A stretch of DNA of 64,000 nucleotides, from positions 39,314 through 103,313 of the forward strand of contig CAMYIJ010000010.1 in NCBI GenBank assembly GCA_947258375.1, given 5' to 3'. Source of the DNA: an uncultured Acidimicrobiaceae bacterium (GTDB lineage Bacteria > Actinomycetota > Acidimicrobiia > Spongiisociales > UBA5794). Shown here in pieces: positions 8,602 to 18,000 of the stretch (position 1 is the first letter of the stretch; each line of letters begins with the position of its first letter). A model generated the notes under the pieces. That model was not told where the DNA came from, did not search any database, and saw only the letters and a list, made by a program, of their open reading frames with translations. The position numbers and the translations under genes were made by a program.

Positions 8602-10791
8602 ATGACGACACCCCCTTCCCCCGACCAACCAGAGCAGCAGTACTACCCGGCGCCGGCGCCGCACCCGGCCACGCCGGAGCGATCTAAGGATTCGTACTAC
8701 CCGGCTCCCGAGTCCCAGCCGGCCTCGCCGTTCGACCCGGAGGAGCCTGATCCATACCAGGCCGCAATCATCGCCGGAGTCGGCACCGCAATCGTGGTGC
8801 TGGTGCTGCTCGCTTACTGGATCTTCTCCAACCGTCCGGAGCCCGTGGCGGCCCCTCCGGCCACAACCCAGCGACCCCAGGTAACCACCGTCGCACCCAC
8901 CACCACGGCCGCGCCTACCGGCGCCCTGCCCGGATACACGCCTGAGTTCCTCACCGCCCGATGCGAGTTCTTTCTCGACACCGATGTCGAGTACGAGTGC
9001 GGCTGGCTCACCGTTCCCGAGGATCGGCAGAACCCCGACAACGGCAGCGAGGTGCAGATCCATGTGGCGATGTTCGAGAGCACCAATCCCGACGCCCCCG
9101 ACGACCCGATCATCTACCTCGACGGAGGCCCCGGTGGTTCGACGCTCGATCCGCTCGAGTTCAGCTTCAGCCAGGCTTGGCAGCCGCTCCTGGACGACCG
9201 GGATCTGATTCTCTTCGATCAGCGCGGCGTGGGATTCTCGACGCCGTCGCTCGACTGCCCCGAGGAACGGGATTGGGCATTCAGCGTTCTCAGTATCGAG
9301 ATGACGCCAGAAGAGGAAAGAGCTTCCGAGCTGGCGGCAATTGAGGAATGCCGGGATCGTCTGGTCGAAGAGGGTGTCGACCTCGCCCAGTACAACTCGG
9401 CGGAGAACGCCGCCGACGTCTCCGATCTGCGAATCGCCCTCGGCCTCGACGAAGTCAACCTGCTCGGCATCTCCTACGGAACACGTCTGGCGCAGACCAT
9501 CGTGCGGGACCACCCAACCGGAATTCGTAGCGTCGTCCTCGATTCCGCCTACACGCCTGAGGCGAACGTCATCTCGGAAGGTCCGGCCAACTTCGATCGG
9601 GCGCTACGAGAGCTCTGGGAGGGGTGTCAGCTCGACAGTGACTGCGACGCCCACTACGGCAACATCGAGGAGCGCCTCTTCGCACTCGTCGACCAGTACG
9701 AAGCCGAGCCGACTATTGCGTCGGTCCCGGATTTCCTCGGCGGCGGATCGTGGAGCGTGCTCTTTGACGGCGAGTGGGTGCTGGGCACCGTCTTCCAGGG
9801 GCTGTACTCGGATCAGAGGATCCAACTGCTTCCCCAACTAATCGAGGAGCTGGAGGCGGGCGAGATGTCGACTCTGACGCTGCTCACGTCCAACACGCTC
9901 GCCAACTCCGAGTTCTTCTCTCTCGGGATGCACCTGTCCGTCCAATGCAACGAAGAGGTCACGTTCACGACCCAGGCCGACATCGACGCCGGCCTCGCGG
10001 GCTTCGACAAGATCGCAGCGTCGTTCGAAGGCTCCTCCAACCTCGGAGACTTCATGCTCGCCGCCTGTGACCTCTGGCAGGCAGGATCGGCAAGCGCGAT
10101 CGAGAACGAGCCGGTGATGTCTGACATTCCGACTCTCGTCTTGGCCGGCGAATACGATCCGATAACGCCCCCCGCCTGGGGTGCCGCGGCCGCCGAGAAC
10201 ATCGACGGGGCGACATTCGTCGAGTTCCCCGGCCTGGGCCACGGCGCCAGCATCGCCGGTGACTGCCCGCTGAGCATCGTCTTCGAGTTCTACAACGAGC
10301 CGGATGAGGAACCCGACACCGACTGCGTCGCCGGGATGTCGCGTGTCGACTTCACGATCGCCGGTGAGCCCCCTCCCCCGTTGGCACTGGTTCCTTTCAC
10401 CGAAGAGCTACTGGGCACAACCGTCAGCGGAGTGGTGCCGGAAGGCTGGACGCCCTTGACCGACGGGACCTACATTCGCGGCGCATCCGCCGTCGACCAG
10501 ACGGCGATCCTGCAGCAGGTCCTCCCGCTCGTCGGCCCGGACGAGCTCGTGGATCTCTTCGCCGACCAGTTCGACATGAGCCAGGGCCCGGACAAGACAA
10601 GCACCCGCGAAAGCGAGCTTGGCACCTGGCAGCTCTATCGCGGGGAGGCCGAGAGCTTCTCTATCGATATCGCCACCGCGAGGGTCGGCAAGTCGACAGC
10701 CCTCATCCTGGTCATCTCGGACGCATCCGAACGTGACCAGCTTCTCGGCGAACTGCTCATTCCGGCAATCGACGCCTTCCGGACCGGTTAG
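8602..10791 (+). CDS. membrane-anchored alpha/beta hydrolase (S33 tripeptidyl-aminopeptidase-like)
   Basis: Pro/Tyr-rich N-terminus with two YYPAP repeats, one TM helix, then an alpha/beta hydrolase domain with the GISYGT nucleophile elbow. Confidence 0.75.
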   Translation: MTTPPSPDQPEQQYYPAPAPHPATPERSKDSYYPAPESQPASPFDPEEPDPYQAAIIAGVGTAIVVLVLLAYWIFSNRPEPVAAPPATTQRPQVTTVAPTTTAAPTGALPGYTPEFLTARCEFFLDTDVEYECGWLTVPEDRQNPDNGSEVQIHVAMFESTNPDAPDDPIIYLDGGPGGSTLDPLEFSFSQAWQPLLDDRDLILFDQRGVGFSTPSLDCPEERDWAFSVLSIEMTPEEERASELAAIEECRDRLVEEGVDLAQYNSAENAADVSDLRIALGLDEVNLLGISYGTRLAQTIVRDHPTGIRSVVLDSAYTPEANVISEGPANFDRALRELWEGCQLDSDCDAHYGNIEERLFALVDQYEAEPTIASVPDFLGGGSWSVLFDGEWVLGTVFQGLYSDQRIQLLPQLIEELEAGEMSTLTLLTSNTLANSEFFSLGMHLSVQCNEEVTFTTQADIDAGLAGFDKIAASFEGSSNLGDFMLAACDLWQAGSASAIENEPVMSDIPTLVLAGEYDPITPPAWGAAAAENIDGATFVEFPGLGHGASIAGDCPLSIVFEFYNEPDEEPDTDCVAGMSRVDFTIAGEPPPPLALVPFTEELLGTTVSGVVPEGWTPLTDGTYIRGASAVDQTAILQQVLPLVGPDELVDLFADQFDMSQGPDKTSTRESELGTWQLYRGEAESFSIDIATARVGKSTALILVISDASERDQLLGELLIPAIDAFRTG

Positions 10792-10849
10792 CCGGGTGAA
10801 CCCGCTTCACAGCGCCGTTAAGTGGCTTGGAACCAAACGTGTGGGCGCG

Positions 10850-11260
10850 ATGCTCGGTCGCCGCGTTTTCACGCCGATCGACAAACGGATGGCGGGCCGT
10901 TCGGTTCTGCCGTCGACGCTCGTCACCGGCGCCCCGGTAGGTCATCTGACCTCGGTAGGTCGACGGAGCGGAATGCCCCGAACCGTCCCCCTCGTCTACG
11001 TCGTACCTCCCGGTGCCGTTGCCGCGGTGGTCGGCACCAACTTCGGCGGGCCCGATCATCCACTCTGGGTCGCCAATCTGGAAGCGGAGCCCCGCGCAAC
11101 CTGGCAGGTCGATGAGGCAATCGAAGTCACGGCCCGCCTCGCGACGCCGGAGGAGCATCGCGCATTGTGGACCCGGTTCGTCGACATCTGGCCGGGCTAC
11201 GAGAGCTACGTGGAGCGCAGTCGGCGAGAGCCCCGGATGTTCATCCTGGAGGAGCTCTAG
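10850..11260 (+). CDS. deazaflavin (F420)-dependent nitroreductase family protein (DUF385)
   Basis: RRSGMPRTVPLVYVV...HPLWVANLEAEPRATWQV...EEHRALW...PGYESY matches the DUF385/Ddn-like family. Start may be GTG at 10796. The ORF-track start at 10619 overlaps the upstream gene and is rejected. Confidence 0.65.
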   Translation: MLGRRVFTPIDKRMAGRSVLPSTLVTGAPVGHLTSVGRRSGMPRTVPLVYVVPPGAVAAVVGTNFGGPDHPLWVANLEAEPRATWQVDEAIEVTARLATPEEHRALWTRFVDIWPGYESYVERSRREPRMFILEEL

Positions 11261-11283
11261 AAATCCGCCCCAACCAACGACAC

Positions 11284-11317
11284 TGTGGCCTTTGGCGCGT
11301 TATCCAAAGGCCACAGC
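11284..11317 (+). terminator. perfect 13-bp stem hairpin (ctgtggcctttgg / ccaaaggccacag, 8-nt loop), putative intrinsic terminator
   Basis: Seen directly, 24 nt after the nitroreductase stop. No U-tract, which is common in high-GC actinobacteria. Confidence 0.45.
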
Positions 11318-11463
11318 TTGGTCACGACGGGATCCCAGAGAAGGGAGCTGTAGGCCCAAGGGGGGGCGTGGGCAATACATCCCGTCGTGTCCTCAACCAA
11401 GCCTATAGGACCGACCCTGGAATCGGGGAAGCACGTCAGCCCCCGGGCTAAAATCGGACCCTC

Positions 11464-12192
11464 ATGGCCCAATCCAACCGACTCCCTCACGCCGTCCCCT
11501 ACGAACCCCACGTGGGTGAATCCCGACCGTACATGCGAGACATCATTCTTGGTGTCAACGACGGCCTCGTGTCGGTCTTCCTGCTGATTGCGGGTGTTGT
11601 CGGTGGTGGACTCAACCGGGAGCAGATCATCCTGGCCGCCATCGCCGGAGGCATTGCCGGGGCGATTTCGATGGCCGCCGGCGAATACCTGGCAACCCGA
11701 AGCCAGGAGGAGGTCTTCGAGCGCGAGATCGAACTCGAACGACAACACATCGAACACCACCGGGACTCCGAGGTGGATCAGCTGTACGCGATGTTCGCCG
11801 ACATCGGGATCTCCGCGGAGGACCTCGAAGGAGTGGTGAGCGCCTTCAGCCGCGACGACGACGTGCTACTCAACTCCATGAAGGTCCTCGAATTCGGCAT
11901 CGTCGACACGGAACGTCGCTCCCCGTACACAGCCATGTTCCTCTCAGGACTGTTGTTCCTGTCCGGAGCGCTCCCCCCGACGCTCCCGTTCCTCTTCGGA
12001 ATCAGCATCGGGGTGGCCCTGACCATCTCGGCGATCCTCACCGCGGTCGGACTCTTCGTGGTCGGCGCAGCCAAGACGGTCGTTACCCGAACCCACCCGA
12101 TCCGCTCCGGGATGGAGAACCTCATAATCGCCGGGATCGGCGGTTTTATCGCGTTCTACATCGGAACCCTGGTCGAAGGCGCTCTCGGATAG
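11464..12192 (+). CDS. VIT1/CCC1 family Fe/Mn transporter
   Basis: 242-aa ORF. DIILGVNDGLVSVFLLIAGV and later TM segments are typical of the VIT family. Confidence 0.8.
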   Translation: MAQSNRLPHAVPYEPHVGESRPYMRDIILGVNDGLVSVFLLIAGVVGGGLNREQIILAAIAGGIAGAISMAAGEYLATRSQEEVFEREIELERQHIEHHRDSEVDQLYAMFADIGISAEDLEGVVSAFSRDDDVLLNSMKVLEFGIVDTERRSPYTAMFLSGLLFLSGALPPTLPFLFGISIGVALTISAILTAVGLFVVGAAKTVVTRTHPIRSGMENLIIAGIGGFIAFYIGTLVEGALG

Positions 12193-12267
12193 GACCCGGT
12201 GAGGAGCCCCGGCCGGCGCGGCGAGGCTTCCCCGCTCCGGTGCGGCACTACCACTAGCCTTTCTGGC

Positions 12268-13725
12268 ATGACTGACCAGATATTCTTCGCGGCGCGCCGG
12301 GCTGACTTCATGGATCGGATCGGCGGCGACATAGCGATCCTCCCCGCGGCCTCCGAAGCTGTGCGCAACGACGACGTCCATCACCCGTTCCGCCAGAACT
12401 CGGACTTCTGGTACTTGACGGGATTCGCCGAGCCGGATGCTGTGGCCGTGCTCGATCCGGCCCACCCGGACGAGCCCTATGTGCTCTTCGTGCGTCCCAA
12501 GGATCGCGAAACCGAAACCTGGGATGGATACCGGTCCGGAGTCGAGGGAGCGGTCGCCGAATACGGGGCAGATGCGGCATACCCGATAGCCGACCTCGAC
12601 AAGGTGCTGCGGACGCGCCTCGGCGGGCGTCGGGCGGTCTACACGGCGACCTCGCAGCATCAATTCGCGCAGCGCCTCACCCGCCTGATGACTGCGCTGC
12701 GCAGCGTCGCCGTCAGGTACGGCCGCCCCGTCCCGGATCGGCTCATAGACACTTCGCCGATCTTCGACGAGATGCGCCTCTACAAGACCGCCGATGAGAT
12801 CGACTCGCTGCGCCGGGCGGGCGATATCAGCGCTGCCGGCCATGCCGAGGCAATGCGGTTCACCAAGCCGGGCCTGTTCGAGTATCAGGTGGCGGCCGCC
12901 ATGGAGTACGTCTTCCGCATCAAGGGGTCGCGGCGCGACGGCTACCCCTCGATCGTCGCCGGCGGAGCCAACGCCTGCATTCTGCACTACACGGAAAACG
13001 ACTCAGAGCTCCGTGACGGTGATCTGCTCCTGATCGACGCTGGAGCCGAGTATGAGTACTTCTCCGCCGACATCACCCGTACCTTCCCGATAAACGGACG
13101 GTTCACCCCGGAACAGCGCACCATCTACGAGCTTGTCCTCGGCGCCCAGCTGGCTGCATTCTCCGTTGCAGTGGAGGGCACCACGATGCGGGCAGTACAC
13201 GAAGCGAGCGTGGACACCATCACGGAGGGGCTTGTCGGCCTCGGCCTCCTCCCCGGGCCGATCGACCGGGCGCGGCGAATGAATCACTATCGCGAGTTCT
13301 TCATGCACGGGACCGGTCACTGGCTTGGCCACGACGTCCATGACTCCGGAACCTACGGCCTCGACGGCAAGCCGCGGCATCTCGAAGTCGGCATGTCGTT
13401 CACCGTCGAGCCCGGCATATACATCTCATCCGAACGCCCGACGATCAAGCTACCGCTCCTCGAGTACGACCAGGAAGAGTGGACAGAGCGACGCCTGATG
13501 CTCGGAGCAACTGCCGCCAAGGAGTTGGAAGTCGCCGAGCGGGAGGCAGCCGGGTTCGAGGAGTTCGAGCTGCCGACGCAGTTCCTCGGAATTGGCGTCC
13601 GGATCGAGGACGACATCCTCATCACCGAGTCGGGCCCGGAGAACCTGACGGGTTCCCTGCCCACCGACCCCGACGAGGTGGAGGCGCTGTGTGCCGAGAC
13701 ACCGACGGTCCCCCTGCTCGGGTGA
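12268..13725 (+). CDS. pepP: Xaa-Pro aminopeptidase (M24B)
   Basis: AMP_N-like N-terminal domain and M24 metal ligands (HGTGHWLGHDVHD, EPGIY). Start at ATG 12268 (MTDQIFF); the ORF track begins earlier at 12199. Confidence 0.85.
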   Translation: MTDQIFFAARRADFMDRIGGDIAILPAASEAVRNDDVHHPFRQNSDFWYLTGFAEPDAVAVLDPAHPDEPYVLFVRPKDRETETWDGYRSGVEGAVAEYGADAAYPIADLDKVLRTRLGGRRAVYTATSQHQFAQRLTRLMTALRSVAVRYGRPVPDRLIDTSPIFDEMRLYKTADEIDSLRRAGDISAAGHAEAMRFTKPGLFEYQVAAAMEYVFRIKGSRRDGYPSIVAGGANACILHYTENDSELRDGDLLLIDAGAEYEYFSADITRTFPINGRFTPEQRTIYELVLGAQLAAFSVAVEGTTMRAVHEASVDTITEGLVGLGLLPGPIDRARRMNHYREFFMHGTGHWLGHDVHDSGTYGLDGKPRHLEVGMSFTVEPGIYISSERPTIKLPLLEYDQEEWTERRLMLGATAAKELEVAEREAAGFEEFELPTQFLGIGVRIEDDILITESGPENLTGSLPTDPDEVEALCAETPTVPLLG

Positions 13726-13778
13726 TTGGCCCATCAGCCGACAGGACACCGCGCCCGACGGCACTACTCTTCGTGACA

Positions 13779-13927
13779 TGAACAAGCGGAACGCCTCCTC
13801 CGGCGTGTTGGCACTCGTAATCGCGGCCGCTGCGGCCGGCATCGCCGCCTATCTGCGGCGCCCCGTGAAGCCGCCGCTACAAACCGGAAGCTGGCACCCG
13901 GTCGAGAGTCAGCGCACCCGCCGCTAG
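13779..13927 (+). CDS. possible small single-TM protein (49 aa)
   Basis: MNKRNASSGVLALVIAAAAAGIAAYLRR... No clear RBS. Speculative. Confidence 0.2.
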
Positions 13928-14685
13928 TGAGAGTCGCCGTAGAACAAGCCGGTCTGGAGGTCGGACGCCGCGCTGCTCGAATCCTGCTCGGCGAGCGCGA
14001 GTTGACCCGGCTCGGCCTCATCGGCGCCAAGCCCTCGGGAAAGGACCCGCGGGTACACCCCGTCTCCGACCTCGCCGAATACGACGTTGTCGTCACCGAC
14101 GCCCCGGACGCCCTCGACCTCGTCGAGGCGGCACTGGAAGCCGCAGTGAGCTGCGTCGTATGGGAAGACGGCGCAGAACTCGAAGCCGAGTACGGCGAGT
14201 CATTTGCCGAGGCCAACGTGACCCTGCTGACCGGGGCCAACCTGGCGGCCGGGCTGGCCCCCAGCCTCGCCGCTCATGAGATAGCGCTCGGCGGCGTTGT
14301 GATGGATACCTCGATTGCGTGGACGGAACCGGGAACCCCCCTGCGACGCGGCGAGGCCATCTCGTTTCCCGACCCGGTGGGACCGCGCTGGGCAACTGAA
14401 CGCCCCTCCGTCCACGGCTTCACCGCCTATGCCGCCCCGGTCGAGGGCGACTGGGCGGCGGCTCTTGCTCGGGTCACGTCGGCCGGCACAGACGGTGTCG
14501 TCACCCGCGTCGTCGGAGTCGCCGATCTCGCCGCGCACCTCGAGGCGCTGGCACTCGCCGCTGCCGTTATGGCCATCGACCTCTACTCACCCGGGGCGCA
14601 TCGGCCCGCCGACGCCTCGGAGATCTACCTCGCCAAGGCGCTCGACGCCGGCCTCGGGGTCGCAACGTATACGCTCACCGAGTAG
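13927..14685 (+). CDS. hypothetical Ala-rich protein
   Basis: 252-aa ORF (GTG start) filling a same-strand gap. Competing minus-strand ORFs are Arg/Pro-rich junk. No recognisable family. Confidence 0.45.
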   Translation: MRVAVEQAGLEVGRRAARILLGERELTRLGLIGAKPSGKDPRVHPVSDLAEYDVVVTDAPDALDLVEAALEAAVSCVVWEDGAELEAEYGESFAEANVTLLTGANLAAGLAPSLAAHEIALGGVVMDTSIAWTEPGTPLRRGEAISFPDPVGPRWATERPSVHGFTAYAAPVEGDWAAALARVTSAGTDGVVTRVVGVADLAAHLEALALAAAVMAIDLYSPGAHRPADASEIYLAKALDAGLGVATYTLTE

Positions 14686-14759
14686 GCCTGCGCCTACTGG
14701 CGTCCGTTTTGTAGCCATTCCGACAGTTCACGGAACGTTCAGTACCCGTAGGCCCGCTG

Positions 14760-16838
14760 ATGCGGTTGAATGACTCCGTGAAGCGAATACATCAGGCTCT
14801 GGTTGTGCTCGCCCTGATCGCGGGGGCTTGCACCAACTCGGCAGCCGATAGCCCGCCGGCGGAGACGTCCGGAACCACGCCGGCGACGACGTCGGAGGGG
14901 TCGGCCGCGACCGGAGACTCCCGGGAGTCCTACGCCGGCACCACCCCGGCCCACGACTTCCCGGGAGGGCTCGACTGGCTCAACACCGGTGGCCCCCTTT
15001 CGTTGCAGCAACTCCAGGGCAAGGTGGTCTTGCTCGACTTCTGGACCTACGGCTGCATCAACTGCATTCATATCATCCCCGACCTGAAGCGCCTCGAAGC
15101 GGAATACCCCAACGAACTCGTCGTCATCGGGGTTCATTCGGCGAAGTTCCTCAACGAGGCCGAGACGGAAAACATCCGCAACGTCGTGCTCCGCTATGAG
15201 GTCGAGCACCCGGTGGTCAACGATCGTGACTTTGCGGTGTGGCGCTCGTGGGGAGCCAACGCCTGGCCCACAACGATACTGATCGACCCCGCCGGGAATG
15301 TGGTGGGTGGCCATTCGGGCGAGGGGGTGTACGCGGTGATGCAGCCGATAATCGATTCTCTCGTCAACGAGTTCGAACAGAACGGTGTGCTCGACCGCAC
15401 CCCGATCGAGTTCGTGCGTGAGGTCGACGGCCGCTCGGAAACGGCGCTCTCCTACCCGGGCAAGGTGTTCCTGGACCCGAACACAGGGATTCTCTACATC
15501 GCCGACACGGGCCACCACCGGGTGGTAGCCGTCGACCCGGCATCCGGCGATGTCCTGACGGTGTACGGCAGTGGGCTGGCCGGCTACAACGACGGCGCGG
15601 CCACTGCGGCGACTTTCGACGCTCCCCAGGGCATGGCACTCAGCCCGGACGGGCGGATCCTGTATGTCGCCGATACCAACAACCATGCCGTGCGGTCCAT
15701 CGAGCTCGCCACCGGAACGGTTGCCACCGCCCTCGGCACCGGTGAGATCGGCTGGCCGCCGGTCGGCGGTTCGGCAGCGGCCGTGGCGATCAGCTCTCCC
15801 TGGGCCCTCGAGCAGAAGAACGGCAAGCTCTACATCGCAATGGCCGGCCATCACCAGATCTGGGAGATGGATCTCGCCTCCGACGTCGCCCAACCGCTGG
15901 TCGGCAACGCCCGCGAGTCCACCATCAACGGTCCGCTGGCCGAAGCCGAGCTCGCTCAGCCCAGCGGCCTGGCATTCGACGATGACGGGCTCCTCTATTT
16001 CGCCGACTCCGAATCGAGTGCGATCCGGTCGGCCCAGGTCGATCGCAGCGACGGGGTGACCGACGTGGTCGTCGGCAGTGACGCCAACCTGTTCGACTTC
16101 GGAGACGTCGACGGCGTCGGGACTGAGGCCCGGCTGCAGCACCCACTCGGTCTGGCCTACGCCACCGACGGGTTCATGTACGTGGCCGACACCTACAACT
16201 CCAAGCTGAAGCGGATCGACCTCGCCCGGTCCGAGATCACGACCTTCCTCGGCGGCGACCAGGGCTGGCAGGACGGCAGTGACGCCCGGTTCTACGAGCC
16301 CGGGGGCCTGGCAGCCGCGGGCAATGTCCTCTACGTCGCAGACACCAATAACCACGTCGTCCGCATCGTCGACCTGGCGACCGCCACTGCGACGACCCTG
16401 GTGCTCAAGGGCATCGAACGCTTCCAGCCGCCACCCGACACGGCCGACTACCAGGGCGAGATTGTCGAGGTGGCCGCCACCACCGTCGCGCCCGGTGCGG
16501 GAACTCTCGAGATCGCAATCACGCTGCCGCCCGAGCACAAAGTCAACGAGGAAGCGCCGTCATCTGCCCAGTTCATCTCAGCGGGCGGAGTGGCCGACTT
16601 CGGGGATGGCGCCGCCATGTCGCTGACCGGTGCCAAGTTCCCGGTGACGGTGCCGCTGCAGCTGGCCACCGGCAGCGGCGATGTCACGGCCGACCTCACC
16701 GTTATCTACTGCCGTGAAGGAGCGGAGAGCCTCTGCTTCATCCAGCAGCTGCGCTTCGTCGTGCCGGTCACAGTGGCCGCCGACGGGTCTGGTGGACCAA
16801 TCCGGCTCGAATACACGATTGCCCAGCCCAACGTCTGA
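14760..16838 (+). CDS. thioredoxin-like (CxxC) domain fused to NHL-repeat beta-propeller, lipoprotein
   Basis: Lipobox LIAGACT. TlpA/ResA-like thioredoxin fold with WTYGCINC, then repeated NHL units (YIADTGHHRVV, YVADTNNHAVR, YFADSESSAIR, YVADTYNSKLK, YVADTNNHVVR). Confidence 0.8.
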   Translation: MRLNDSVKRIHQALVVLALIAGACTNSAADSPPAETSGTTPATTSEGSAATGDSRESYAGTTPAHDFPGGLDWLNTGGPLSLQQLQGKVVLLDFWTYGCINCIHIIPDLKRLEAEYPNELVVIGVHSAKFLNEAETENIRNVVLRYEVEHPVVNDRDFAVWRSWGANAWPTTILIDPAGNVVGGHSGEGVYAVMQPIIDSLVNEFEQNGVLDRTPIEFVREVDGRSETALSYPGKVFLDPNTGILYIADTGHHRVVAVDPASGDVLTVYGSGLAGYNDGAATAATFDAPQGMALSPDGRILYVADTNNHAVRSIELATGTVATALGTGEIGWPPVGGSAAAVAISSPWALEQKNGKLYIAMAGHHQIWEMDLASDVAQPLVGNARESTINGPLAEAELAQPSGLAFDDDGLLYFADSESSAIRSAQVDRSDGVTDVVVGSDANLFDFGDVDGVGTEARLQHPLGLAYATDGFMYVADTYNSKLKRIDLARSEITTFLGGDQGWQDGSDARFYEPGGLAAAGNVLYVADTNNHVVRIVDLATATATTLVLKGIERFQPPPDTADYQGEIVEVAATTVAPGAGTLEIAITLPPEHKVNEEAPSSAQFISAGGVADFGDGAAMSLTGAKFPVTVPLQLATGSGDVTADLTVIYCREGAESLCFIQQLRFVVPVTVAADGSGGPIRLEYTIAQPNV

Positions 16839-16850
16839 ATGGGCGCGCCA

Positions 16851-18000
16851 CTAGTGTCCTGTGTCAGAGGTTCGTCAAGTATCTTTTGAGGCTGTCGAGG
16901 GTCTGGTCGGCGGTTTTGTGCCACACGAATGGTTTGGGGTCGTCGTTCCAGGTGTCGATCCAGGCGTCGAGGTCGGCGGTGAGCTCGGCGACGGATCGGT
17001 GTGCTGAGCGTTGCAGCTTCTTGCGAGTTAGTTCTGCAAACCACCTCTCGATGAGGTTGAGCCACGAGGAGCTGGTGGGCGTGAAGTGGAACTGGAACCG
17101 GGGGTGACGCAGCAGCCACGTCTTGATGGCGTCGGTCTTGTGTGTCGAGGAGTTATCTAACACGACGTGAACGTCGAGGTCGGCGGGTACCGCGTCATCA
17201 ATGGCGTCGAGAAACTTGCGGAACTCGATGGCGCGGTGCCGGGGCCGGGTCTGGTGGACAACCTCGCCGGTGGCGACGTTGAGCGCCGCGAAGAGGTCGG
17301 TCACGCCGTGGCGTTTGTAGTCATGGGTGCGGCGCTCCACTTGGCCGGGACGCATCGGCAGTGTCGGCTGGGTTCGGTCCAGCGCTTGGATACTGGTCTT
17401 TTCATCAACACACATCACAACGGCTTTCTCCGGCGGGTTCAGATATACACCGACCACATCTCGGACCTTGTCGATGAACTGAGGATCCTCAGACAGTTTG
17501 AACGTGTCGGTCTTCCACGGCTTGAGACCGAACGCTCGCCAGATTCGGGCCACCGATGACGGCGACATCCCCACCCTGGCCGCCAGATCACGGGTCGACC
17601 AATGCGTTGCATCAGCCGGTTTGTCTTCCAGGGTCCGTACGATCACCTCTTCAACAGCCGCGTCACTGATCGTGCGAGGCGCCCCAGGCCGGGGCTCATC
17701 AACCAGCCCATCAACACCGCGTTCGATGAACCGTTTGCGCCACTTCACCACCGTTGCTTGATTCACATCGACCCGCTCGGCTACCTCGTTGTTTGTCAAC
17801 CCCTCATCAGAGAGCAACACGATCCGAGCCCGCTGAGCAATCGAATGCGGCGACTTCGGCCGCTTTGACCATCTCTCCAACACCTCCCGGTCCTCATCGC
17901 TCACACAAACCGGCTGTCTCGGACGTCCACGCTCTGCCATGACCCCAAGTATGAGCCACTTCCAACAGAAACGCGAGCCATTTCTGACACAGAACACTAG
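16851..18000 (-). mobile_element. IS630-family insertion sequence, about 1.15 kb
   Basis: Imperfect terminal inverted repeats CTAGTGTCCTGTGTCAGAGG (left) and CTAGTGTTCTGTGTCAGAAA (right, reverse complement), flanking TA. Single intact DDE transposase inside. Confidence 0.8.
16864..17940 (-). CDS. IS630-family transposase
   Basis: Internal Met start MAERGRPRQ.... HTH N-terminus (RARIVLLSDEGLTNNEVAERVDVNQATVVKWRKRF) and a DDE domain with the C-terminal WLNLIERWF motif typical of IS630/Tc1. The ORF-track N-terminal extension lies outside the element. Confidence 0.85.
   Translation of the reverse strand: MAERGRPRQPVCVSDEDREVLERWSKRPKSPHSIAQRARIVLLSDEGLTNNEVAERVDVNQATVVKWRKRFIERGVDGLVDEPRPGAPRTISDAAVEEVIVRTLEDKPADATHWSTRDLAARVGMSPSSVARIWRAFGLKPWKTDTFKLSEDPQFIDKVRDVVGVYLNPPEKAVVMCVDEKTSIQALDRTQPTLPMRPGQVERRTHDYKRHGVTDLFAALNVATGEVVHQTRPRHRAIEFRKFLDAIDDAVPADLDVHVVLDNSSTHKTDAIKTWLLRHPRFQFHFTPTSSSWLNLIERWFAELTRKKLQRSAHRSVAELTADLDAWIDTWNDDPKPFVWHKTADQTLDSLKRYLTNL

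Noticed and set aside
10619-10849. Upstream portion of ORF 10619-11260
   Set aside because: It overlaps the 3-prime end of the well-supported hydrolase gene in another frame. The nitroreductase-family similarity begins near 10850.
11318-11463. yybP-ykoY (Mn) riboswitch in front of the VIT1 transporter
   Set aside because: I could not find the conserved riboswitch core sequences by eye. This is left as an open check rather than a call.
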